Shown: positions 40,728 to 50,417 of the stretch, piece by piece
Position numbering within the stretch: position 1 is the first letter of the stretch
How the letters are laid out: each line of letters opens with the position of its first letter
Assembly: GCA_001782075.1 (NCBI GenBank)
Contig: MFNO01000022.1
Span: 9,540-73,539, forward strand
DNA from: Candidatus Levybacteria bacterium RIFCSPHIGHO2_01_FULL_38_26
GTDB lineage: Bacteria; Patescibacteriota; Microgenomatia; Levybacterales; UBA12049
Direction of reading: 5' to 3'
DNA length: 64,000 nt
The notes under the pieces: generated by a model
What the model was told of the DNA's origin: nothing
What the model saw: the letters and a program-made list of their open reading frames with translations, nothing else
Database searches by the model: none
Position numbers and translations under genes: made by a program

Positions 40728-41332
40728 TGGGTAAATATACAGGACCAAAACACAAATTAGCAAGAAAAGTCGGCGTAAATATTCTGGATAAAGAGTCAGC
40801 AAGTCTTCAGAGGCGCTTGAATGTTCCTCCTGGGCAACATGGGCGAAAGAGAAAAAAAAGACTTTCAGAGTTTGGTGCCCAACTTAGAGAAAAACAGAAA
40901 GCAAAAATTACTTATGGGATCTTAGAGAAACAATTTAGTAATTTGGTTAAGAGAGTTGCGAGAAAGAAGGGGGAGACAGGAGAAATGCTTTTGAGTCTTC
41001 TTGAAACAAGACTCGATAATATCGTATATAGACTTGGTTTGGCAAAAACACGGTTTCAGGCTCGGCAATTTATTTCGCATGGTCATATTTTGGTTAACGA
41101 TAAAAAGGTAGATATCTCCTCTTTTCAAGTAAAAGTAAATGATATTGTTGCTGTTGCCCCAAATTTTCAAAGTAATGTAGAGATTTTAAAGTCCTTGGAT
41201 AAAAAAGAGGAAGGGTCCTTGCCGTTTCTCAAAAGAGAGGGAGCATCGGGTAAACTTTTAAGGCTTCCTAAAAGAGGCGATATAGAGACGGTTTTTGATT
41301 TGCAACCCATTATTGAATATTATTCAAGATAA
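40727..41332 (+). CDS. rpsD: ribosomal protein S4
   Basis: [16 protein letters not shown] start; C-terminal S4 domain. Confidence 0.95.
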   Translation: MGKYTGPKHKLARKVGVNILDKESASLQRRLNVPPGQHGRKRKKRLSEFGAQLREKQKAKITYGILEKQFSNLVKRVARKKGETGEMLLSLLETRLDNIVYRLGLAKTRFQARQFISHGHILVNDKKVDISSFQVKVNDIVAVAPNFQSNVEILKSLDKKEEGSLPFLKREGASGKLLRLPKRGDIETVFDLQPIIEYYSR

Positions 41333-41348
41333 TGGTAAAATAACCTTT

Positions 41349-42272
41349 ATGCAAAACCCACAATTTAGTGTTAAGGAAGAAAAAGTAAACGAATTGCACA
41401 GTAGGTTTATAATAGAACCTTTGCCGTCAGGATATGGAAATACTATAGGAAATGCCTTAAGAAGGGTACTTCTTGCTTCCATAGAAGGAGTGGCGGTAAC
41501 ATCTGTTAAAATCTCTGGAGCGAAGCACAAATTCTCCACGATAGAGGGTCTTAAAGAAAATATCGTTGATCTTCTTCTTAATATAAAAGGATTAAATCTA
41601 AGGCTTCTTGATTCAAAAACAGAGAGCGTTGTTAAGCTTTCTATAAAAGGACCAAAAAAAATACTAGCGTCTGATTTGGATGTCCCAGAGGATGTTGAGA
41701 TTGTAAATAAAGATCATTATTTAGGTTCTCTAACGGATAAAAAGGCCAAGCTTGATTTGGAGATGACAGTTGAAAAAGGATTTGGTTACTCTCTAGCTGA
41801 GGAAAATAGATCTACTTCTTTGGGTGTTATTCCGGCAGATGCGGTTTTTACTCCTGTAACGTTGGTTAGCTACGAAGTGTCCGCGACTAGAGTTGGAAGA
41901 CAGACTGATTTGGATAAGTTAATTCTTAACGTTTGGACAAATGGAACAATCGCGCCCAAATCCGCATTGGATGAAGCAGCACGTATTTTGAGCGGTTATT
42001 TTTCTCAAGTCTACGAACCGCACCTTACAGCCATGGAGGACAATACTAGAAGAAGTTTAATCGTTGGCGATGACGTTATGCATCTTACAATTGACGAACT
42101 CGATCTTCCAACAAGAATTTATAACAGTCTTCGAAACGCGGATATAGAAAATATAGGTGATCTAATAAAAACACCGAAAAAAGACTTGATGGGAGTGCGC
42201 AACTTAGGTAGAAAATCGTTAGACATTGTAGACAAAAAACTCAAGGAAAAAGGTTTGTCGCTGATGGCTTAA
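41349..42272 (+). CDS. rpoA: DNA-directed RNA polymerase alpha subunit. The start is reassigned to ATG 41349 (MQNPQF...).
   Basis: N-terminal alpha-NTD pattern (IEPLPSGYGNTIGNALRRVLL) and C-terminal alpha-CTD (HLTIDELDLPTRIYNSLRNADIENIGDL). Confidence 0.9.
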   Translation: MQNPQFSVKEEKVNELHSRFIIEPLPSGYGNTIGNALRRVLLASIEGVAVTSVKISGAKHKFSTIEGLKENIVDLLLNIKGLNLRLLDSKTESVVKLSIKGPKKILASDLDVPEDVEIVNKDHYLGSLTDKKAKLDLEMTVEKGFGYSLAEENRSTSLGVIPADAVFTPVTLVSYEVSATRVGRQTDLDKLILNVWTNGTIAPKSALDEAARILSGYFSQVYEPHLTAMEDNTRRSLIVGDDVMHLTIDELDLPTRIYNSLRNADIENIGDLIKTPKKDLMGVRNLGRKSLDIVDKKLKEKGLSLMA

Positions 42273-42305
42273 GACACAAATAACCACGAATGACTGCACT
42301 AAATG

Positions 42306-42358
42306 CCACAAAGTGTTTTGCGGATTAGCGTTTTTATTTGTGGTTTTTAGCGTATTTC
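42306..42358 (+). terminator. candidate terminator after rpoA
   Basis: CCACAAA ... TTTGTGG inverted repeat (7-bp stem, long loop) followed by TTTTT. Confidence 0.3.
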
Positions 42359-42365
42359 GCTTATT

Positions 42366-42923
42366 ATGAGAAAACAAGTTTTTGGACGACAGTTAGGCAG
42401 AGACGCAAACGAGAGAAAGGCTCTTTTTAAAGGCTTAATCTCTTCTTTGATTTTGCATGAGAGAATTAAAACAACAGAAGAAAAAGCAAAGGCTATTAAA
42501 GATTTGGCTGATAAAATTATCACAAAAGCTAAAAAAGGAGAAGGAAGCGCGAGGCGTCTTTTGCAAGGAGAGCTTTCTAAAGATGCAATAAATAAGCTTA
42601 TTATTAATATTGCCCCAAGGTTTGAAAAAAGACAGGGGGGTTATACTAGGTTAGTAAAGATAGGAAAAAGATTTTCAGACAATGCCTCAATGGTTTTGAT
42701 GGAATGGACAGAGGAGCGTAAAATCAAAGATCAACCTTCGTCCGGAGCTCAGGTCGAGGGAAATTCTCCGCCAAAGACGGATCAGCCTCTGGCTGAAAAA
42801 ATCAAAAATTTGGAAGAAGTAAAAGACAAGGACAATCAGCGCACTAGCGTTGAGAATAAAACTGCTACAACGAAAGGCAAGAAGTTGTTAAAAGCGTCAA
42901 GCAGGAGGACTAAAAAGAAATGA
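42366..42923 (+). CDS. rplQ: ribosomal protein L17 with a long Lys/Ser-rich C-terminal extension
   Basis: N-terminal 115 aa is L17-like (GRQLGRDANERKALFKGL...); conserved position after rpoA. Confidence 0.9.
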   Translation: MRKQVFGRQLGRDANERKALFKGLISSLILHERIKTTEEKAKAIKDLADKIITKAKKGEGSARRLLQGELSKDAINKLIINIAPRFEKRQGGYTRLVKIGKRFSDNASMVLMEWTEERKIKDQPSSGAQVEGNSPPKTDQPLAEKIKNLEEVKDKDNQRTSVENKTATTKGKKLLKASSRRTKKK

Positions 42924-43363
42924 AAAAAACAATTTCAACAAAAAAGTCGGACATAAAAAGATCGTGGCATTTGGTTGATGCTAATGAAAATATTTTGGGG
43001 AGAGCTTCAACCAAGATTGCCCAGTTTTTAATGGGAAAGTCGAAGCCTTATTTTGTGAGGAATTTGGATTGTGGAGATTATGTTGTAGTTGTTAACGCAG
43101 GTAAAGTAAAAGTTACAGGAAAAAAAGAACTTTTAAAAAAATACTACCGCTACTCTGGTTATCCTAGTGGCTTGAGAATAGAATCATTAGGTGAGTTGCG
43201 GCAGAGAAAGCCAGAGGAGGTTATTCGTCATGCTGTTTCTGGAATGTTGCCGCAAAACAAGTTGAGAGACAGGATGCTTGCAAGATTGTTTGTTTTTGAA
43301 GGAGAAGAACACCCATATAAAGATAAAATTAAAGATCAAAAATCAAATATAAAAAACGAATAG
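42920..43363 (+). CDS. rplM: ribosomal protein L13
   Basis: KRSWHLVDANENILGRASTKIA L13 start. Confidence 0.95.
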   Translation: MKKTISTKKSDIKRSWHLVDANENILGRASTKIAQFLMGKSKPYFVRNLDCGDYVVVVNAGKVKVTGKKELLKKYYRYSGYPSGLRIESLGELRQRKPEEVIRHAVSGMLPQNKLRDRMLARLFVFEGEEHPYKDKIKDQKSNIKNE

Positions 43364-43375
43364 AAGATTTAAGAT

Positions 43376-43852
43376 ATGGTTAAACAGGCTAAGAAAATAC
43401 AAGATAAGCAAGAAGTAAAAATTCCAAAAAAGAATTATGTTTTCGCTGTTGGGAGGCGCAAGGAGTCCGTGGCAAGAGTACGTCTTTATAGTACCGACAA
43501 TGTTTCATTGAGTGGAATTATGGTGAATAGGGGTGAGATTATTGTCAACAAGAAAAAAGCGGAGGATTATTTTGGAAAAGGAAGTTCGAATGTTTTTAAA
43601 GAGCCATTGCATATAACAAATACAGAAAATAAATTCGCAGTTACAGTAGTGGTTGTCGGAGGGGGAAAATCTGGCCAGCTCGGCGCAACAGTTTTGGGTA
43701 TTGCAAGAGCATTGGACAAACAAGACAAAGAAAAATTTAGACCATCTCTTAAGAAAAAAGGCTTTCTTACTCGTGATCCAAGAGTTAGAGAGCGCCGCAA
43801 AGTCGGCATGGGCGGAAAAGCGAGGCGAAAAAAGCAATCACCAAAGAGATAG
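43376..43852 (+). CDS. rpsI: ribosomal protein S9
   Basis: C-terminal DPRVRERRKVGMGGKARRKKQSPKR S9 signature. Confidence 0.95.
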   Translation: MVKQAKKIQDKQEVKIPKKNYVFAVGRRKESVARVRLYSTDNVSLSGIMVNRGEIIVNKKKAEDYFGKGSSNVFKEPLHITNTENKFAVTVVVVGGGKSGQLGATVLGIARALDKQDKEKFRPSLKKKGFLTRDPRVRERRKVGMGGKARRKKQSPKR

Positions 43853-44389
43853 GAATTTTTTGTTGTTCTTTAGTTTTTCTACCTCAAGGATGCACCATGG
43901 AGAGTATACATCCGGGTTCTTTTTTACATCTTCAACAAACTTATCCCAAGAAACCCATCTAATATCGTTTGCCTCGTCCTTATTTATCATTGGTTTTTGA
44001 TCTGTGAAGCCAATTAGAATAGGGCATATTTCGTTTTCTATAATTCCGTTTAATTCCACTTTGTATCGAAAATCAGGTATAATCTCAAAGATTTTAGTTT
44101 TAGTAATACCAAGTTCAAAGTTCAATCTTCTTTTTGCCGCATCAATGCTTGATTCATCCAGTGCCGGATGGCCGCAGCAGCTGTTGGACCAGACAAACGG
44201 CCATGTTTTTTTCTTGGCACTTCTCTGCTGAAGGAGAAGTTCGCCCTCTTTGTTGAAAAGAAACAGAGAAAAGCCTCGATGTAATGGTGTATCGTTGTTG
44301 TGGGTTTCGAGTTTTGAAGCAGTTCCCAATATTTTGTTATTTTCATTTACCAAAACAACGTGTTCCATTTTATCTTCTCCAAAAAGCAA
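43838..44389 (-). CDS. idi: isopentenyl-diphosphate delta-isomerase, type 1 (Nudix fold)
   Basis: TPLHRGFSLFLFN...LLLQQRS and WSNSCCGHP motifs of IDI-1. Confidence 0.8.
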   Translation of the reverse strand: MLFGEDKMEHVVLVNENNKILGTASKLETHNNDTPLHRGFSLFLFNKEGELLLQQRSAKKKTWPFVWSNSCCGHPALDESSIDAAKRRLNFELGITKTKIFEIIPDFRYKVELNGIIENEICPILIGFTDQKPMINKDEANDIRWVSWDKFVEDVKKNPDVYSPWCILEVEKLKNNKKFLSLW

Positions 44390-44708
44390 AAATAAAACTT
44401 GCCAAAAGGTACAAAAGAAGTGCTTGCCAAAGTGCTATTGAGATTAGCGCTGTTCCCAAAAACAGCGAAATTAACTCTCTTTTTAATTCATAAACATCTA
44501 TTAAATATGCCCCAATTCTTCCAAGTACGAAAAGTATAGACAGTCCAATAAATGGAGAGAAAACTACCGGTAAAAGAATAGGCCGTCTGGTAACCTGTCT
44601 TACAGTGGCAAGGGGACGAAATGTGAGCCCCAGAAGAGTTTTGATCCAAATATATGTAGCAAAAATTAAAAATGTGCTTTTTTTCATGCCGCTTCGCTGA
44701 TCTTTCAA
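44370..44708 (-). CDS. hypothetical membrane protein (3 TM)
   Basis: Hydrophobic profile only. Confidence 0.3.
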   Translation of the reverse strand: MKDQRSGMKKSTFLIFATYIWIKTLLGLTFRPLATVRQVTRRPILLPVVFSPFIGLSILFVLGRIGAYLIDVYELKRELISLFLGTALISIALWQALLLYLLASFIFAFWRR

Positions 44709-44827
44709 TTTTAAATATTTATTTATATTGAACTTTTCACCTTTCTTCGTTACCTTTTTGGCAAGCTTCGCGGCATGACCCTTCCGTAGTTTTAACGACG
44801 GATCATATCATTCGACTCCGCTCATGA

Positions 44828-45085
44828 TTATAATTTGCCAAAAATTTTTAAAATAAACTCATCGTATCTCTGTCCAATTATACTATGAAATACAAAATTA
44901 ATAATAAATGCAAGCGGGACTAGGATTCGCAGCGGATGGTCGCCAAGCCAAAAACAGACAGTTCTAAAGACTTTTGGCATGGGCATGTTAATGATAATTT
45001 TTCCTTGTTCTCTGGCTCTTGCTTCTAAAGTTTTAATAAATTCATTCTCGTTCATACATTCGACTCTCGACTCTGTTCTATTCAA
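44828..45085 (-). CDS. putative anti-sigma factor (single TM), 4-bp overlap with the ECF sigma gene
   Basis: 85 aa; cytoplasmic N-terminus then one TM helix; gene order sigma then small membrane protein. Confidence 0.35.
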   Translation of the reverse strand: MNRTESRVECMNENEFIKTLEARAREQGKIIINMPMPKVFRTVCFWLGDHPLRILVPLAFIINFVFHSIIGQRYDEFILKIFGKL

Positions 45086-45627
45086 TAATCTGACGAAGAC
45101 TCATAAGCAAGCCGGAAGCGCTGCCTTGCCCTAAAAAGTAGAGATTCAGTAGCCTTAAACGATAGATTAAAAATTATTGACATTTCTTTAACTGATACTT
45201 TTTCTTCGTAGTGAAGCTTTAGTATATTTTGATATTTGCGGGAAATACTGAGAAATGCTGATTCAATCCTGTCTCTTATTTTATTTTTTTCGTATTCAAA
45301 TTCGGGCTGGCTAATTTCGTTCGCAACTATTTGCAGATATGGAATTTGTGACAGAAATATAGATTTGATCTTCTTTTTTCTATAAAAATCAACCATTTTG
45401 TTGTGGGCAATCTTGAAAAGCCAAGCTTGAATATTTTCTTCTTTCTTAAGCAGATACAAAGAATCAATAGCATCCAAAAATACGTCGTTGGTTAGATCTT
45501 GCGCGTCTTCAAATCTTGGTAACTTTTTTGAAAGATAGGACAAGACTTTGGGAGAGTAGAATTTGTAAAATTCAACTACCGCTTTGGTGTCTTTATTGAG
45601 AATACCTTTTATAAAGGAATGGGACAT
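45082..45627 (-). CDS. ECF-type RNA polymerase sigma-70 family factor
   Basis: Region 2 (DLTNDVFLDAID...AWLFKIAHNKMVDFYRKKK) and region 4 (helix-turn-helix ...KVSVKEMSIIFNLSFKATESLLFRARQRF). Confidence 0.75.
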   Translation of the reverse strand: MSHSFIKGILNKDTKAVVEFYKFYSPKVLSYLSKKLPRFEDAQDLTNDVFLDAIDSLYLLKKEENIQAWLFKIAHNKMVDFYRKKKIKSIFLSQIPYLQIVANEISQPEFEYEKNKIRDRIESAFLSISRKYQNILKLHYEEKVSVKEMSIIFNLSFKATESLLFRARQRFRLAYESSSDY

Positions 45628-45703
45628 AGTCAGATTATATCAGATTTCTTCATCGAATGATTATTTTTAATTTTACGACTATATATGGGGTATTAAAATA
45701 CTT

Positions 45704-46849
45704 ATGGATTTGCGTGGTTACCTAAGCGTGTCTGACAGACGAAAGGGAGTAGAAGATAACATAGGAGTTAGCCTGAAAAACATTGGTAATTACTCTATAA
45801 ACGAAGAGATAGCATCTTCTAGAAATTGCGAGAACATGATAGGAGTTACGCAAATTCCCATAGGTATTGCTGGTCCATTAAAAATAAAAAGTGAATTTTT
45901 TAAAGAGGAGTTTTTCTTGCCTCTCGCTACAACCGAAGGGGTTTTGGTTGCCTCTGTAAGCAGGGGATGCAAAGCAATCACTCTAAGCGGAGGAGCTAAT
46001 GTTTTAAGTAAAAAAATAGGTATCACAAGGGCACCTGTTTTTGTTGTTGAGAATATTCTTGAAGGGAAAAAATTTGCAGATTGGGTGCATGCAAATTTTG
46101 ATCAACTGAAAAAAATTGCTGAAGACACATCTTCTCATCTAAAGCTTTTGGAGATAAAAGCTATCTCCATGGGAAGAAACGTTTATTTAAGATTTAGGTT
46201 TGACTCTCACGATGCAATGGGAATGAATATGGCAACAATTGCCGTAACAAAGTCAGCAGAATTTATCGAAAAAAAAGTTCATGTAAAGTGCGTAGCAGTT
46301 TCCGGCAACATGTGCGTTGACAAAAAACCTAATTTTCTGAATTTTATTGAAGGCAGAGGATATATGGTTTCAGCTGAGGCATTGATTCCCAAAAAACTTG
46401 TTAAAACTGTTTTGAAGGCTGAAATTAACGAAATTATAGAGGTTTATCAGCGGAAAATCGTTTACGGATCAGCACTCTCTGGGAGCATAGGGTCAAACGC
46501 TCACTTTGCCAATATTCTGGCGGCAATTTTTGCAGCTACTGGACAGGATTTGGCACATGTGGCAGAATGTTCTATAGGTACAACAACTATTGAGACAGTC
46601 AAAGATAGCCTCTATGCTTCGGTATATTTGCCAGATTTGGCAGTTGGAACAGTTGGCGGAGGAACAGGACTTGAGACTCAAAAAGAAGCATTGTCGATTA
46701 TGGGAGTTGCAGGTGGCGATAATGGTAAGAATGCTAGAAAATTTGCAGAGATTATCGGAGGTGCAGTTTTGGCAGGAGAAATTTCTCTTCTTGCTTCATT
46801 GGCAGAAGGTTCATTGGCATCGGTTCACAAAAGATTAGGCAGGGGATAA
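45704..46849 (+). CDS. hmgA: HMG-CoA reductase (catalytic domain)
   Basis: DAMGMN and VGTVGGGT motifs conserved in HMG-CoA reductases; 381 aa. Confidence 0.8.
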   Translation: MDLRGYLSVSDRRKGVEDNIGVSLKNIGNYSINEEIASSRNCENMIGVTQIPIGIAGPLKIKSEFFKEEFFLPLATTEGVLVASVSRGCKAITLSGGANVLSKKIGITRAPVFVVENILEGKKFADWVHANFDQLKKIAEDTSSHLKLLEIKAISMGRNVYLRFRFDSHDAMGMNMATIAVTKSAEFIEKKVHVKCVAVSGNMCVDKKPNFLNFIEGRGYMVSAEALIPKKLVKTVLKAEINEIIEVYQRKIVYGSALSGSIGSNAHFANILAAIFAATGQDLAHVAECSIGTTTIETVKDSLYASVYLPDLAVGTVGGGTGLETQKEALSIMGVAGGDNGKNARKFAEIIGGAVLAGEISLLASLAEGSLASVHKRLGRG

Positions 46850-46862
46850 GTTTTAAATAAAA

Positions 46863-47900
46863 ATGAGTGGTATTGTTTCTTACGGTACATATATTCCTAA
46901 ATATCGTCTTAGGCTCTCAAGTATCGCCCAAATGTGGGGGAAAGACTCCGACGAGATAGAAGCGGGACTTCGTATGGTTGAAAAGGCAGTTTCCGGCTTT
47001 GACGAAGATGCAGTGACAATGGGTATTGAGGCAGGTAAAAAGGCAATTGAGTTGGCAGAGATTAAATCTGGTGAGCTTGAGAGTGTATATTTTGGTTCAG
47101 AAAGCCATCCTTATGCTGTTAAACCCTCTTCAACATCAGTTGCGCAGTATCTTGGTGTTGGAAACAATTATTTTGCGGCTGATTTGGAATTTGCCTGCAA
47201 AGCCGCAACTGCTGGAATGCAGGTGTCATCTGCTTTATTAAATAGCAAAGTCATAAAATATGGATTAGTAATAGGAAGTGATGCGGCACAAGGAAAACCC
47301 CATGATGCCTTAGAATATACAGCTGCAAGCGCGGCTTGTGCCTATATTTTAGGAAATAATAAAAACGAGATCATTGCAGAAATTCTTGAAATGTCATCAT
47401 TTTCCTCAGATACTCCGGATTTTTGGAGAAGAGACGGAGCAAGATATCCTTCCCACTTCGGAAGATTTACCGGAGAGCCTGCGTATTTTACCCATGTAAT
47501 GGGAGCGGCTAAAAATTTGTTTGCCAAAAGCAAGCTTAAGCCCTCTGATTTTGATTTTTGTGTATTTCATATGCCAAATGGTAAATTTCCACGAGTTGTT
47601 GGGAAAAAACTAGGTTTTACCAGCGAGCAACTAGCACCTTCTTTAATAGTAGATAAGATTGGCAATCCATATTCTGCGTCTTCTTTGATGGGATTGGCAT
47701 GTGTTTTGGATGTAGCAAAACCAAAGCAGAAAATATTTTTTGTTTCATATGGATCGGGAGCAGGATCAGATGGGTTTATATTTGAGACGACAGAGAAGCT
47801 CTTAAAAAGGCAAAAAAAGATAATTCCGGTACTAGAGCAGATAGAAGATAAGATTTATATTTCTTATCCAGAATATCTAAAGCACACACACGCAATATGA
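46863..47900 (+). CDS. HMG-CoA synthase, short archaeal-type
   Basis: 345-aa thiolase-fold condensing enzyme with an active-site Cys region (ADLEFACKAATAG); precedes the thiolase and DUF35 genes as in archaeal MVA operons. Confidence 0.75.
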   Translation: MSGIVSYGTYIPKYRLRLSSIAQMWGKDSDEIEAGLRMVEKAVSGFDEDAVTMGIEAGKKAIELAEIKSGELESVYFGSESHPYAVKPSSTSVAQYLGVGNNYFAADLEFACKAATAGMQVSSALLNSKVIKYGLVIGSDAAQGKPHDALEYTAASAACAYILGNNKNEIIAEILEMSSFSSDTPDFWRRDGARYPSHFGRFTGEPAYFTHVMGAAKNLFAKSKLKPSDFDFCVFHMPNGKFPRVVGKKLGFTSEQLAPSLIVDKIGNPYSASSLMGLACVLDVAKPKQKIFFVSYGSGAGSDGFIFETTEKLLKRQKKIIPVLEQIEDKIYISYPEYLKHTHAI

Positions 47901-49045
47901 AGATAAGTATATTAGGTACTGCAACAACCAAATTTGGAGAATTGTGGAACATTTCTCCTCGCGCGTTGGCAAAAGAAGCAATGATTAGTGCCCTAGATGC
48001 TTCGGGGTTAAAAGCTCATCAAATAGATGCATTGTTTGTGGGGAATATGCTATCTGGAATATTGGGAAATCAGGCAAATTTAGGATCACTTTTAGTTGAA
48101 GAATTGGGTGTTAACATCCCGGCATTTAGGATAGAGGGCGCATGTGCATCCGGAGGATTGGCTCTTCACAATGCGGTAAACAGTCTTAAAGCTTACCAAT
48201 ACAGGACAGCTTTAGTTTTAGGGATAGAAAAAATGACAGATCATAGTCAGGATGAGATTACAAATGCTCTTATGGCGGCGGGATCAGATGAAGAAAGATT
48301 GGCAGGCGCAACATTCCCGGGTGTATATGCTCTAATGGCACAGGCTTATATGCAAAAGTATAAAGTTACAGAAGAGGATTTAGCCGCAGTTTCTGTAAAA
48401 AATCATTATCATGGGACCCTTAATTCAAAGGCACAGTTCCAGTTTGAAGTATCAATTTCAGATGTTATGAAGAGTTCAAAGATTGCGGATCCACTTAAGC
48501 TTTTGGATTGCTCCCCTATTTCAGACGGGGCGGCAGCTGTTGTTATTACAAGCGATGAAAATTCTAAAAAAATTAAAAACAATGTTTATATCGCTGCAAG
48601 TGAAGTAGCAACAGATACTCTTAGCCTTCATGACAGAAAATCTTTCACAAGCCTTGAATCAGTAGTTAAGGCATCTAACAATGCGTACAAGAAAACAGGG
48701 ATAAAACCAAAAGACATTGACGTTTCTGAAATTCATGATTGTTTTTCAATTTCCGAGGCAATTGCAACAGAAGACTTGGGGTTTTCAGAAAAAGGAGAAG
48801 GCGCAATAGATATTGCCAAAGGAAAAAGAACTCTTTTTAAGGGAGATATTATTTGTAATCCCTCTGGTGGGCTTAAGGCTTGCGGTCATCCGGTTGGGGC
48901 AACCGGTATAAAACAAATAGTAGAGATAACAGAGCAATTACGCGGGGAGGCTGGAAAACGTCAGGTTGAAAAAGCGAAGATTGGCTTGACTCACAATGTT
49001 GGAGGGAGTGGAACAGTTGCCGCAATTCATATCTTGAGGAGTTGA
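47897..49045 (+). CDS. acetoacetyl-CoA thiolase, archaeal-type
   Basis: Catalytic Cys motif IEGACASGG and C-terminal GHPVGATG and NVGGSG thiolase motifs. Confidence 0.8.
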   Translation: MKISILGTATTKFGELWNISPRALAKEAMISALDASGLKAHQIDALFVGNMLSGILGNQANLGSLLVEELGVNIPAFRIEGACASGGLALHNAVNSLKAYQYRTALVLGIEKMTDHSQDEITNALMAAGSDEERLAGATFPGVYALMAQAYMQKYKVTEEDLAAVSVKNHYHGTLNSKAQFQFEVSISDVMKSSKIADPLKLLDCSPISDGAAAVVITSDENSKKIKNNVYIAASEVATDTLSLHDRKSFTSLESVVKASNNAYKKTGIKPKDIDVSEIHDCFSISEAIATEDLGFSEKGEGAIDIAKGKRTLFKGDIICNPSGGLKACGHPVGATGIKQIVEITEQLRGEAGKRQVEKAKIGLTHNVGGSGTVAAIHILRS

Positions 49046-49353
49046 TATTTATGATAACATCGCCTGTAAAACTTTGGAGAAGACAAAAAAGCGCATCATC
49101 TCTTATTGGGAAAAAGGGTAAGATTTTGCACTGGACAATTATTCGAGTTCCAGCAAAATCTTTTGTTGATCAGGCTCCGTATCCTGTGGTAATTGTGAAA
49201 GTGCAAAATGGAGAAAATATGATTGGACAACTAGTTGATTGGCAAAAAGAGGATTTAAAAGTTGGGCAGGATGTAGTATGTGTTTTGAGACGACTGCGCA
49301 CCGAAGAGAGAGAAAGCATAATCTACTACAATATTAAATTTAAACCTCTATGA
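49042..49353 (+). CDS. DUF35-family OB-fold protein (scaffold of the archaeal thiolase/HMGCS complex), without an N-terminal Zn ribbon
   Basis: PYPVVIVKVQNGENMIGQLVDW...LKVGQDVVCVL matches the DUF35 OB-fold consensus (PY.VALVEL.EG.R....IVD......IGM.V). Confidence 0.55.
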   Translation: MIFMITSPVKLWRRQKSASSLIGKKGKILHWTIIRVPAKSFVDQAPYPVVIVKVQNGENMIGQLVDWQKEDLKVGQDVVCVLRRLRTEERESIIYYNIKFKPL

Positions 49354-50417
49354 AACTTATTAAAGTTTCTGCCCCGGGGAAACTTCATTTACTTGGTGAA
49401 CACGCAGTTGTTTATGGTAAACCTGCAATTATTGCTGCAATTGGCAAAAGATGTTTTGTCTATATAAAAAACCGTAGCGATAAAAAAATAAACATCTCAT
49501 CAGAAAGTTTTGGGAAAAGTAATAATTTTACAGAGAAAGAGATTATTGATAAAACAAAAAAAGCGCAGTTAAATTGGGAAAAGTATATAGAAAACAATGA
49601 CATTCTGCTTCTTAAGTCAATAACTTCAGATCCTCTTGATTTTCCGGCAATAATTATTGGAGAAAGTTTGAGGTATTTTAAAAAGAAGATTTCTTCTGGC
49701 TTTGACCTTAAAATAAAATCAGATATTCCGATTGGATCAGGCATGGGATCATCTGCAGCATTAAGCGTTGCTATTGCAGGAGGAATTTCCATATTTCTTG
49801 GTGAAGGCTTAAATAAAAACGTTATAAACGAAATTGCATTTAAATCTGAACAGAAAAAGCATGGTTTTCCATCTGGCGGTGATAACTCAGCAAGTTGTTT
49901 TGGTGGAATGATTTGGTATAGAAAAGAGTCCCCGGACTTAAAAATTATTCAGAAAATACCATTTGAATTTCCAGCAAAGTTATCACGAAACTTCTACGCG
50001 ATTCATACAGGCATACCTAGCGAATCGACAGGAGAAATGGTTAGTATTGTAAGAAATTTACATTCGAAAAGAAAAAATTTTGTGGATGGTATTTTATCTA
50101 ATCAAGAAAGATTGGTGGTGGAACTTTTATCTGCAGTCAAAAGAGAAGATGAGTTAGAAATTATAAATATTATTAAGAATGGCGAGAGAAATTTGGAGAA
50201 ACTTGGGGTGGTTTCTGATTCGGCAAAGTTGTTAATAAGATCAATTGAAAAAAATGGAGAAGCTGCGAAAATTTGTGGAGCAGGAGGAAAGAAAAAAGGA
50301 GCAGGAATAGTCTTGGTTTATAGTAAGCATACGGAGTTCGTAAAAAGCTTAGCAAAATTTCATAATTACAAATGCATAAATATTTATATGGGCGAGGAGG
50401 GTTTTAGAAAGGAATGA
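49350..50417 (+). CDS. mvk: mevalonate kinase (GHMP family)
   Basis: SAPGKLHLLGEHAVVYG N-terminal motif; GHMP ATP motif PIGSGMGSSAA. Confidence 0.75.
   Translation: MKLIKVSAPGKLHLLGEHAVVYGKPAIIAAIGKRCFVYIKNRSDKKINISSESFGKSNNFTEKEIIDKTKKAQLNWEKYIENNDILLLKSITSDPLDFPAIIIGESLRYFKKKISSGFDLKIKSDIPIGSGMGSSAALSVAIAGGISIFLGEGLNKNVINEIAFKSEQKKHGFPSGGDNSASCFGGMIWYRKESPDLKIIQKIPFEFPAKLSRNFYAIHTGIPSESTGEMVSIVRNLHSKRKNFVDGILSNQERLVVELLSAVKREDELEIINIIKNGERNLEKLGVVSDSAKLLIRSIEKNGEAAKICGAGGKKKGAGIVLVYSKHTEFVKSLAKFHNYKCINIYMGEEGFRKE

Noticed and set aside
40326-41348. Long N-terminal extensions of rpsK (from 40326) and rpoA (from 41295)
   Set aside because: They overlap the preceding ribosomal genes. Internal ATGs give canonical N-termini (MAVKKK... 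and MQNPQF...).
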